The notes under the pieces: generated by a model
What the model was told of the DNA's origin: nothing
The model's input: only the letters and a program-made list of their open reading frames with translations
Database searches by the model: none
Program-made: the position numbers and the translations under genes
Shown: positions 25,601 to 36,274 of the stretch, piece after piece
Layout: every line of letters begins with the position of its first letter
How positions within the stretch are numbered: the first letter of the stretch is position 1
Origin: Haliotis rufescens
Taxonomy: Eukaryota
Assembly (NCBI RefSeq): GCF_023055435.1
Contig: NW_025964001.1
Span: forward strand, 20,088,001 to 20,152,000
Length of the DNA: 64,000 bases
Direction of reading: 5' to 3'

Positions 25601-28600
25601 TGGACATGGAAGGGTTTGTGTCAGCCAAATCTGATTTGAAAGCACATGGCTGGCAAGCAGCTGTCTTTGTTTACAAAAGACACAACCATTATTGTTGGTG
25701 TCGTTTGTAAACAAACTTTCATGGCATTTTGACATACCATTTTGACCAAACTTTCTGGTGCTGTTGTTACGTTCTAAACTTTTATAATCATGGGATGACA
25801 GTCATGATAGAATAACCAAATCTTTTTTTCAGAAAGTCACAAGAGGAAAGCAAAAAACTGGGAAGACAATGATTTCTATGACAGTGATGAAGATACGTTC
25901 TTAGATCGGACCGGTACCATAGAGAAGAAACGTGTGCAGAGAATGAAGAAAGCAGGGAAGATAGAAGACAAGGCAGAGACATACGATTCCCTTGTGAGTG
26001 GACACACACTGCCCAGTTCTATCTATCACAAAGACTATCATTACTAAATGCCATATTTGTGTTTTTAAGGACTGTACAGTGTTTTGGTTCTCTGGTAAAT
26101 TCAAGGGTTGTTGGCCTGGTGTCTGGTAGAAATATAGTACACCTTTTAACTGTGAAGCATTATCTCACCCCTACAGTATTACAATAATTATTTTGTTTTC
26201 ATTTTGCCGTAATGTCGTATATGGTTAAAGAAAAGAAGCATGGATGTTTAATGAAAGTGAAATAACTTGCAGGGAGGTCTGTTCTAAATGTCATGTTATA
26301 CACTTAAAATGTTACACTAATAGCGAGGGGCGGTCGGGTAGCCTAGTGGTTAAAGCGTTCGCTCGTCACGCCGAAGACCCGGGTTCAGTTCCCGACATGG
26401 GTACAATGTGTGAAGCCCATTTCTGGTGTCCCCCGCCGTGATATTGCTGGAATATTGCTAAAAGCTGCGTAAAACCAAAATCACTCACTCACTCACTACA
26501 CTAATAGCGTCAGTTCACAGGAATACTCTAGATACACATTCTTGATTTGATTGATGATATGATATTTTATCACACCTGTATATTGAGCTGTGTATGTTTT
26601 CAGATGACGAAACATACTAGTATATCCAAGGAAATTGAAGAAATTGAAGCCAAGCTAGAGAAGGCAAAAGCAGGTAAATTTGTTCACTTACGTCTCCTAG
26701 ATGTTATTTACTATATACACAAGATACAATTTTTGAGAAACCTAGAGACTTTCTATAGCATATGACAGGAGGCAAAGGTTTTATTCTTGACAGATTTCCA
26801 GGGTTCCAGGATTGTTGTCAAAAGCTTTGTGAACATCAGTCGCATACAGATCATTCTGACATGACCTGTAATGGGATGTCCTCAGATCTTTGTTTAGTGG
26901 TAGCGAGAACTAAGATCTAATTTTAATGAGATTGCTCCCACAATAGGCTGACACTCCATATATAAACTGTTTATCGTGGCATTAACCAAACTCACTCACT
27001 CACTCACTCACTCACTCACTCACTCACTCACTCACTAATCACCCCACCCCACCCCAACCCACCCCACCCACCCACCACATAATCATTGTCTTAGTCTCCG
27101 GATGCTACTGCATATTGAGAGTATATCAAACAACTTATTTTGTCCTGCTTTTAATAATGAAATATACTTCAAATGTCTAATATTCTCAGACGCTGCTGCT
27201 TTTGATAGTGAGGAAGTGGATGCTCTAGATGCCTACATGTCTGCAATCAAATCGGGTGTCATGGATACGAAGACAAAGATGAAGCTCAAACGTCAGCTGA
27301 TTGAGTTGAAGCAGGAAGAACAGAAGCTACGAAGACTAGTCAATCTAGCGAAGCCTGCTGCACTCCCAGAACTCAAGAAGTAAGTACTGTTCATTAGTGT
27401 GTGTGATTTCACAATGAACACTTCCTTGTCACCTTTACCAGTGTGCCCAACTGACTGCTTGTTCCTGATATTCTGGTAATTGTGGGCCATTGTATTGTGA
27501 TGGTGTTGATGTTGTTCATGCCGTTGATAACTTCACTGATGTGTTCCATGATGTAGCTGAAATATTGTGGACTTCAATGGGACACCATTAATTCACTCCC
27601 TCACATAAAATGATGTGAGCACCGTGAAGATCCAGGTTAGAATTGGTCTTCTGCAACCCAGGGAATCGGGTGGTCAGGCTCACTGATTTGGTTGATGTCA
27701 TATCCCAATTGCGTGGATCTATGCTCATGATACCAATCACTGATTTGTCTGGTCCAAACTCAATTATTTACAGACTACCGTCATGTAGCTGGAATGTTGC
27801 TGACTGCGGAGTTTAACAACAAACAAACAACCAAACAAATGATGTAAACAGAAGCAACATGTTCCGTAACAGAAAAAATGAATGTACTTTTCTGTGATAC
27901 TGATAACAGGCTCAGGGCTAGTCCCCTTGTCCTATGAGATCGCAACACTAAAATACAGAATATTACAGTGCAGTTGCATTACCGGTTAAAACATTTTCAT
28001 AATTATGGCAGTTTTTGAATCGACAATATCAAAATAGCTAGAAAAAATTTGGTAATTCTGTTGATGTCCTGTTTCTCTGCTTCCAGACCAGTCCCCCCTC
28101 CACCGAAGCCTGTGGTGAAAGCTGCTGTCCCTTCAGTTGGGAAGATTCATGTGGGACCCAAGAAACACTTGCCATTGGTGGTGAGTGTGCCCAACTTCAC
28201 CGTTACCGAGGTGTACAGCTTTCACAACGCTGTTCCTCACCTTGAGTGTAGTTGCTATAAATATACTAATCAAAGAAAGTTAAGGACCACTCGATTCTTT
28301 CATATTACTTAAAGGGCAAGTTCACACGGAAATGAACCTATTTTTCTTGTACTTTTTCCACATTAAAAGTGTTAACCTAGAAGTGTCATAGTCAAAAATA
28401 TAAAAATATCACTAATAATTGACATATTTTTTGCATTAAAATGATTTATATTTTTCACATTTACCAAGTGTTCTATTTCCATAACAAAAACACCATGGCT
28501 TATGCCCCTTACAATATGACGTCATTGGTGCCAATTGATAAACATTATGACGTCATCATGCTTTGTTAGAGCCGCTTCACGTGGTGTAGGTACAGGTATG

Positions 28601-31600
28601 TGATTCTAGCGTCTCAGATGCCAGCCAGCATAGTGTTATGCTGAGTCACCTCTGTGCCGGAGTGTGTCGTAGGCCATGTTGTTTTACCACAAACTGGTAC
28701 TTGATATCTTTTGCGTTGAGAATAGACAGGCACCCAGTTGAATTGGCACCAATTACGTCATAATCTAAGGGGGATAACTCAGGCCTGTTTAGCTCGAAAA
28801 ACGAAGGCCTCATAACGGCATTTCATTTTCACACTATTGTGAGCTTCCTACTTTCACTGTGAAAAAAATGAGTGTATATTTTCAAACACAGATACTAACC
28901 AATTCTAAAATTGCGTTTTGTTTAGAAAAAGATAGAAAGTGATTTTTGTGTGTACACTTCCCCTTTAAGTTAATCGTCATGCCCATGATGCTATGACAGA
29001 TTAACTATAGTAATGTGAAAGAATTGGGGAATCCTTAACTTGTTGTGAGTAGTATATGTAGCCTGGCCCTTTTTAATGAATAACATATTTGGAATAGTTC
29101 CATATCCTAGTGAAGATAATTTTCATGCAATGAAAAAACCCTGTTAATCCCATCAGTATGGTTCCCAGTGAAATCCTTTCGACTAACAGGGTTTCACTGA
29201 CAACTCGATGAAGTAGACCTATGAAATCAGTTTAATGTCATATCTGAAATTAACTTCACGTAATTATGTTTCAGTGACTTATGTCAGAGGAAGGGCTTTA
29301 AGAGGTTAATACCCAAAATTAACTACTCACATGAAAGTTGAGGCTATAATGAATTAGTAATTCTACTTTCATCCAAATTTCTCAAAATGCGATGCACGAC
29401 ACATTATATTTTGTATATAATTTTTCTGTTGTACAAACTGTTCAAGGCATCTATGTTCATTAACTATCGACTGATATGATTCACATGAAATGTGATTTAT
29501 TTGCTCACAGTACAATATTTTCATTTTTTCACAAGAGATGAGTATGCTGTTTTAACAGAGCATTGTGAACTTACATCACAATAGTTTGGAGTAGTTCTTG
29601 TAGACATTAGTATAATAAATAGATCTAGAGATTGATAGTCTGTATATTTACTAGGATTACTTAGTACATTAAAAATGTTAGTAAATTTTGGGAGCCATGC
29701 TTTACCGCGCGCTATAACCGAGTTAGCACTACATCTAAGAGCGCAGTAACGAGGGACCACTGTATGCATTCCTGTCAATTAACAATTTTGGTTCATATCA
29801 GCATTAAGTGAAATTTATCTTTTACACATTTCAAAGGACATGTACAGATGGTACCAGGAAATTTCCATTCATAAAACATTTGGTTATCGTATCCTGATCG
29901 GAACTGGTAAAGGGATACACAGACTGTCTGTACACAAATGAGTGACATAAATTGAGATAATCTTCACATAAGAACTGCTGCTGAAACAGAGTTAGCATAT
30001 TATGTGTACAAAAGCTATAACGTATCTGTTACCTGTACTTCATTAATTATAGCCTACACAAACAACAAGTGCAATATCGGGAGATGCTGGTGAGGAAGAA
30101 GAAGAAGAGGAGGAAGAGGATGTTACATCTACGAACTGTAACAGGAACACCTCTGTAGCTGGTAGTGAGAGACTGCAGCCCGAGGAGCCGGACAGTACGT
30201 CAGGCAGGGTTAAAGCTCCTGCCAAGCAGACTCCTTCCAACCAATCAACTGAGAGCGTGTCCTCAAGCACTGTTAAAGGTCCTGCAATGCCTCCGCCCCC
30301 TTCAGCTCCCAGCCAACCAGCAGAGAGTGTGACGTCTAGCTGCGTCAAAGCACATGGCAAGTCCTTTCAGGTTCCTGCTGGTTCCGGAGACCCTGACAGT
30401 ACAGAGGGTATGTGTGGCATGGTTAAGGTCATGGCTGGAGAAGTTTATGCAAAAATGGCTCAATTTATGTACCAGTATTGCAATACCTAGATCATATCTT
30501 TCTTCAAGTATGGGGATATGTATCAATACGTGGGAAAGGCCTTGTGTATAGTATGTATGAGCTGAATGGCCTCATGCTAGCCATTGAGGGATGTACAGAA
30601 ACATTCAGATAAAATGTGTGTGTGTGTGCGCTTGCGTGTGTGCTTTTTGGGCTTTGTTTTCAAAATGGAAATAAAAACAAAAAGTGTGGCGAACTTTATG
30701 ATGATGCAGGGACCTGAGAACCAAGACTATTACTTTTTTAGCCTTAACAATGATTTATTTTGGGAGATATATTTTTGTGTCCTACAAGCATGTTGTGTGG
30801 CCAGTAAATGTCAGGACCTGTATGTGTTGATGGTGGCTAGCCTTTCACATAGTAAGATTTTATGAGGCTAATGATAAAATCCTTTACAAAATAACTGTAT
30901 TTTTTTGTATGCTTTGTGTGACTGTATCTGTAAAAACAGACTATGTATTTGTTGTTGGAGTTACAATATATTTGCATTTAGATGGTGCAGCACATGTACT
31001 TTTTCCTTGTTTTAAATAAGAACTTCATATATTTCAGAGCAAAGTCAAAAGAATGTTGATACAAAATCCAAGAAACGATCGTCTCTGGAAGATGTCAAGG
31101 TAGGTGCTGCTTTATATCAGATATATTATTCCAATATCACAGTCATCTGACGTCACATGTAATAATGCAGCACTTCACGTCTAATGCAGCTGTCTTATTA
31201 GCCTATGGTCATGTTAACCCCGACAGCTGAGAGTTGCTGTAGCAGGGATAACATGACACTCTTGTTACTGTGGTGATAAGTGTTGAGGTCAATGTATGTC
31301 ATGGTATGTTATCCATCCTTGTATGTTTTAAACTCTTACGAGGCATGGGCCCAGTGTTCTAAGGCACTGCAATTCATTGTGCAGATTTGCATCCCTTGGG
31401 CACACCAGAAACCTATGATCGTGGGTTCGAATCCTGGTTCACCCGATTATGTTTCTAGGTTTTTCCTCACAATGCCCGTGTTAGAGGGTTTCACCAAAGA
31501 GGTAATCGTCTGAGACCTGTATCATTTCGGGCTTTCCTCCCACAGTAAGCCAACATATTGTGAAATATTTGGAATACTGTTAAGAGCAGTTTTAAAACCA

Positions 31601-33285
31601 GCTCACTCACTCGAACCTTTACATTTTCCACAAGACTTATGAAGCTGAAGCTTTGCATGGTGGATCTCAGCGATGGCGTCACCAAAACATGCTCACATTT
31701 AAACAAGGCTACCTTGGAATGCCATTTTTGTCTGATCAAGAAGTTGGTTGTTATTCAGGTGAAGAGCAAGAAGCCAAAGACTGGTGGCAGGGGGAGGACC
31801 GGGGGCTATGATGACACAGATCCAGACTATGCTGTGTGGATGCCACCACAAGGTATGGTTCCGAGGCAGACACGAGAGACATATGTTCCTCTCAAAATGT
31901 ATGGTTTCTGAGTTATCTCATGTTATTTGTTAAATTTGTGCGATAGGTTGAGTTGGTTTGAAATTTTAGGTTTCTGTCAGCTTATAACTGCAGCAGCTTT
32001 AGTTTTGAAATAGGAAGAAGACAAATTGCCAATATCCCAAGCTCTTTCAAACATATCACAAAACGACATAAGCCTCATTACACCAAAAAATGCTAATCCT
32101 AAAGCTTGAAAAAATAGCCCAATCCCCCACCTCCAAAATAAACAATTCCTGAATTGACATATGATGCTGTGCTTGTTTTGTAATCTACACTGCATGATGA
32201 GCAGCGTCCCTCTCAAGTAACCAAGTCACTAAGCCTGACCATCCAGTCAGTTGCTGGAGACCTATTTTGACATGGAACCCAACATGGATGTATGATATAT
32301 ATCACATCTGATGTGCTTACAAAGTTTCATCGAGAAATATTTAATGGTTATGCTAGTTATAGCCTTAGCAACACAACATCTAAAAAAAGATTTTTTTAAA
32401 AACCCACATGAATAGCAAAGACACCAGTTCAGCACTTGCCTGATGTGTACACCACGTTTCACAAAGAAATGAGAAAGTTTGATTTATGAAACGATCTTTA
32501 TGCTCTAGAAATGAATCTAGGTCCAACTTGATGCCTTGAAAATGCAAAAACATAAATGTTTTCAAAACGTCCTGAATAGTAAAAGAAACCAGTTTAATGA
32601 ATGTCTGATGCGTGAACAAAGTTTCATTAAGAATATTGAATGGTTTTTTTAGTTTGGGTCTGGAAACAATCCCTATCCTCTCTTGAACCTGTCTATCTTG
32701 TTGACTTGAGAATGCAAAACATTTCAAAATTTCCTGAATAGTAAAAGGCACCAGTTCAATGCATGCCTGATGTGTGAACAAAGTTTCATAAGGACATATT
32801 GAATGGTTTTTGTTTGTTGTAAAAAAAGCAGGTGTGTCATTGAACAATACCTAGTTCATATAATCCTGCCAGCTTGAAGTTTCCCTGGTATGAAGAATGT
32901 TGAATTTTTTTATGTTCTACACTTATAAGATGACTTCCTAAGCACATAGTTTATGTAAAATACTGTTTTTTAGGTAGCTTCACACTTATAAGTTGATTTC
33001 ACTGCATATTTTGCATTGTTTTCAAGGGTAACTGTGTTTAGGCACTACTCACCATTCTGTTACACTTGTGTTGATATGCAAGTTAACACTAAAATGTATT
33101 CATTGTAGGTAGCCATGCACTTAAAACAACCAGCATTAACATGTCTTTTTGAGCCAAGTGTTTCAGAATGCTGTATTGAAGATAGCCTTACTGAGTAAAA
33201 GTATGTACTTATTTATAATACAATATGTGTTGCAGGTCAGAGTGGTGATGGCAAGACCCATCTGAATGCAAAATATGGATACTGA
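18956..33285 (+). CDS. SLC4A1AP: Kanadaptin (SLC4A1 adaptor protein; FHA domain plus dsRBD-like region), whole gene span, 13 coding exons
   Basis: Exons 18956-19681, 20648-20825, 22652-22774, 23082-23145, 24306-24448, 25833-25993, 26604-26673, 27190-27379, 28087-28180, 30053-30407, 31038-31099, 31759-31852, 33236-33285, all with GT-AG introns and compatible phases. FHA motif (FGRLPSCD..HPSLSRYHA..DLDSTHGTWIN), NWEDNDFYDSDEDTFLDRTG and C-terminus DPDYAVWMPPQGQSGDGKTHLNAKYGY* are characteristic of kanadaptin. Confidence 0.95.
19974..20128. mobile_element. Small (~150 bp) MITE; copies at 41055-41200 and 41656-41803
   Basis: CAGCGTTAGAAATT...AATTTCTACCACTG TIR and shared ACTAGTCC subrepeats. Confidence 0.75.
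20648..20825 (+). CDS. SLC4A1AP: Kanadaptin exon 2
   Basis: GPDDDKEEESDLSVTEIKEQR...GCTWGI; AG/GT flanks, phase 0 to 1. Confidence 0.92.
21090..21344 (+). mobile_element. SINE-like retroposon without a tRNA head (family D)
   Basis: 13-bp TSD CTGTTGTGTTGTC, (CAA/CAAA)n tail; many copies in the window. Confidence 0.88.
22652..22774 (+). CDS. SLC4A1AP: Kanadaptin exon 3
   Basis: EDAEE..LYIDDPKKALKGYFERE; AG/GT flanks. Confidence 0.92.
23082..23145 (+). CDS. SLC4A1AP: Kanadaptin exon 4
   Basis: GYDLPEYQFVESGQGKHKCMVE; tttttcag acceptor, gtaagt donor, phases fit. Confidence 0.88.
23613..23946. mobile_element. Tc1/mariner/pogo-type MITE
   Basis: Perfect 24-bp TIR CCGTATTCGACGTAATAAGCGCCC, TA TSD. 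Confidence 0.92.
24306..24448 (+). CDS. SLC4A1AP: Kanadaptin exon 5 (dsRBD-like)
   Basis: LPVDTPTGEPVVAEVVVSGKRKDAVVACALEACRLLDKHG. Confidence 0.92.
25064..25483. mobile_element. hAT-like MITE
   Basis: TAG...CTA termini, subterminal CGATAC repeats, 8-bp TSD GGTGTCAC/CGTGTCAC. Confidence 0.75.
25833..25993 (+). CDS. SLC4A1AP: Kanadaptin exon 6
   Basis: RKAKNWEDNDFYDSDEDTFLDRTGTIEKKR..AETYDSL; gtgagt donor. Confidence 0.93.
26326..26496 (+). mobile_element. tRNA-derived SINE (family A)
   Basis: TAGCCTAGTGG and GGTTC boxes, CACT tail, 13-bp TSD TACACTAATAGCG. Confidence 0.9.
26604..26673 (+). CDS. SLC4A1AP: Kanadaptin exon 7
   Basis: MTKHTSISKEIEEIEAKLEKAKA coiled coil; AG/GT flanks. Confidence 0.88.
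27190..27379 (+). CDS. SLC4A1AP: Kanadaptin exon 8
   Basis: DALDAYMSAIK..KLRRLVNLAKPAALPELK; gtaagt donor. Confidence 0.92.
27617..27836 (+). mobile_element. Family D retroposon
   Basis: TSD AAATGATGT; same body and CAAA tail. Confidence 0.85.
28087..28180 (+). CDS. SLC4A1AP: Kanadaptin exon 9
   Basis: Pro-rich PVPPPPKPVVK; ttccag acceptor, gtgagt donor, phases fit. Confidence 0.82.
28313..28964. mobile_element. Non-autonomous Kolobok-like DNA element
   Basis: TTAA TSD, AGGG...CCCT termini with about 15-bp imperfect TIR; internal inverted repeat 28504-28533 versus 28741-28773. Confidence 0.75.
30053..30407 (+). CDS. SLC4A1AP: Kanadaptin exon 10 (acidic, low-complexity)
   Basis: PTQTTSAISGDAGEEEEEEEEED..GPAMPPPP; open frame, AG/GT flanks, phase 0 to 1. 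Confidence 0.82.
31038..31099 (+). CDS. SLC4A1AP: Kanadaptin exon 11
   Basis: QSQKNVDTKSKKRSSLEDVK; tttcag acceptor, gtaggt donor; restores phase 1 to 0. Confidence 0.78.
31759..31852 (+). CDS. SLC4A1AP: Kanadaptin exon 12
   Basis: VKSKKPK..YDDTDPDYAVWMPPQ. Confidence 0.92.
32400..32812. repeat. Degenerate ~163-bp tandem repeat (about 2.5 units)
   Basis: TGAATAG..ACCAGTT..CTGATG..GTTTCA recurs at 32409, 32573 and 32735. Confidence 0.7.
33236..33285 (+). CDS. SLC4A1AP: Kanadaptin exon 13 (terminal)
   Basis: GQSGDGKTHLNAKYGY then TGA. Confidence 0.93.
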
Positions 33286-35276
33286 TCGATGTCACACGCT
33301 TCAAAGACTTTGTGGGTGCTTAACTTAGTCAACAGATGTTTATATGGTTCCTTGGCAATTGTATAGTTTTGTACAGATATGTGAATAAAATGAAAAAAGA
33401 GTGCAGCCGTTTTTTTGTCAACACTACTGGAAGCAGTTCTATATCTAACATGAAACTCTGCTGTATGCCAATACAGAGTTTGTCTGTATTTTGTTCATCA
33501 ACATGACAAACACTTCCTGTCACACAATCCACACCATAAGCCAAGTCACAACCACCAGATCTCCTTTAGTCAGATGTTCTGAAAGCATGGGATTCATCCT
33601 CTATAATCCAGTATATCAAATGATTTATCTCACCTTAGATTAAAATACTAGCTTCTGATTGGTTAAGGAGCAGGCAATTATTTTCCCTGTAGAACCTTGA
33701 GAAATCAATTGGAACACATAGTTAACTAGTATATCTTGAATAAGTATGGTTGATTTGAAATGAACTGATGAATATCACAATGCATTGTGTATAGGGAAGT
33801 AAATCATTTCATTTGCATCGTCTGCTACAAGTTTTGCTAACTCAGTGAAATGGCGGACATATATTCTGGACCTGTATGAATGAATGTTGGTAAGATAAAA
33901 ATCGTTGTCATTGGTCATGTGATCAGATGTGATGTACCCTGTCTGTGAGCCTATGGTCTGAATGACATTGCTAAACAAACGTCCAATCATGATTGTAATA
34001 AACAGTGATATCACCATTACTCTAAGCATAAAATGCCTTCAGAGATTACTGTACTTGATTTTTAATTCACTACACATTCAATTGTTTCACAACAGTGCAA
34101 TTTAAATGTCTGCACAAATTCAAAGGACAACAGTAATAAACAAATATGTAACTTACTATCCATAATGTTTCCAAATATGCAAGAATGATTGTACTATTGC
34201 AGAATATTGTTGCATTACACAACTGTTGAATTTATTTTAGACATTTCAACTCATAAAACCTAAGTAAACTACGGTTATAACAGACTCAAAGGGGCCACTA
34301 ACTATAGTTTGTTGTAACTGTAGATCGTTACAAGCATATACCTAGCATATATACAGCCAATGGACCAGACCAAAAAGCAGTTCGTTATATCCGTCAGTTT
34401 GTTATAAGCGGTTTGTTATAAACGTAGTTTTTCCATGTTTCACAAAAGACACAGTAAAATCCTAATGAGCAACCTGTGATGTAATAAGGAGAACACATGC
34501 CAAAGTTCAGCTCCCTCAGTCTGGCATTTTCAAAGATGTTTACAAAGCAAAAACTACATTTTGAGTGAATGAGATTATTCCACTATAATTTGAGCAGTGG
34601 CCATAAAAAGCTTTTTCAACACAACTCCCAAGTTGGAAATCAGATTCAGACCAGCGAGGAAATACATTTTGAAATTATATAGGAGCAAAGGTCAAAATTC
34701 AAACATAACACATACATGTGTTGGACCCCACTACTAACCTCAAATATACCAATATTACATGTAGACACAAGGGGCGAGTAATGGCCATATGCAGCTTTCA
34801 GTATGAAATTAAGGAAAATATTTCAAATATCACAAAATTGGAACATGTATCTCAAGTTCCACTACTAACAACACATGTACCAAATTTCATTCTACTTTTT
34901 AACAAAAGTGAGCGAGAAATGGCCATAAGCTCTTTCCACATGGCTGCCATATCCAAACCTCTTGAAAAAATTTATGTGACATCAGGTGAAAAGTAGTGTT
35001 CAAGAATGTTGCTCTTACATATAGTGCTGTGCATGCATGGTTGATTGAACTATTCCAGACTATTGTCAGTTTCACAGTATCATTTTAACACCCCACATTA
35101 TCCTGATGCTGAGCCCACCAGTCCTTGTGTTGCCACTAGAGTGCCAGGCAGGGTAAGAACAAGTACCACCTGTCTTTTGGTGTACCGAGAACTGGGATCC
35201 AACCTTCCGCTCTATCCACCTGACCACATAGGTCACAAATTGAGGTGTCTGATTGGCATTCTAGAAGTTGGTGAGC

Positions 35277-35414
35277 AAGAAAACATACAACTTTATGGAT
35301 AACAACTGGTTTATTGCACATAGCAACTGCTTGATAACAGTGTAGGAATCTACATCGAAACGTTGCTATATGCAATAAACCAGAAATTGTTATCCATAAA
35401 GTTGTACGTTTTCT
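35277..35414. repeat. Inverted repeat with ~50-bp arms and ~34-bp spacer
   Basis: 35277-35327 is the reverse complement of 35362-35414 with 2 mismatches and a 3-bp indel. Confidence 0.88.
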
Positions 35415-36015
35415 TTGATGGGAACAAGTACCTGAAGTATGATGCATGCGGGATGAGGCACATGGCTTTGAACTACAACTCTGATGCTATAACTAAAGAC
35501 ACTAACAACAGAACAATATTTTACAGGTGATCATGATGTTTTATTTTTGTCAGTGAAGGCTAAAAACTACAGATATTCATTAATTGTGCAAAATAGCACA
35601 ATGAATAGTATGAATCTCTACAAAGACATTATATCTCAAGAAATATCATTCTTGAAAAATGAAGTATATGCCTCAAAAAGATATTAATTCCTTTAAAAGG
35701 AATCTGATCTTTCAAGCATGAGCAATTAAAAAACATGATCAATGTTACAAAGGGAGACGATTCTAACCAAGGACTGATGAGCAAAAGTTGAGTATGATGA
35801 AATGCAATCAATGGATATAATCTCAGGTTAGAAAATGACCTGTAGTCGATGAACAGATGATTGTTTAGAAAGTTTTCGTCATGACATTTAACTTATTCAC
35901 ACTTTCTTTCAAGCTTCTCAAAATAATGAACAAATTCTAAACACATTTTCAGGCTGAAATAGTGAGTGTTGAGATTTGATGCCATCTTTTATGTGGATAT
36001 TCTGAAGTCCGATAT

Positions 36016-36274
36016 CTAATCTTCATTATCTGACTGTTGCCTCTGTTCATCCCTGCTTGGAGAGCCATCTTTATCTGGTGTTCTGGATTTAGAGCGAGAA
36101 TACGAGCGTGATCTTGATCTCTTAGCTGGACTGGCTGATCTGCTCCTGTTGCTACGGGGGCTCCGGCTCCTGCTCCTGCTGCGACTAAGGCTCCTGCTCC
36201 TTGACCGGCTCCTTGATCGGCTTCGACGAGATCGAGAACGGCTGCGACTCCTGCTACGGCTTCTTGAGTAAGAT
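36016..36274 (-). CDS. SRSF5: SR protein coding exon 7 (RS domain and stop)
   Basis: [26 protein letters not shown]...DNED then TAG. Confidence 0.93.

Noticed and set aside
32380-32847. 155-aa minus-strand ORF
   Set aside because: Lies over a degenerate ~163-bp tandem repeat in a kanadaptin intron.
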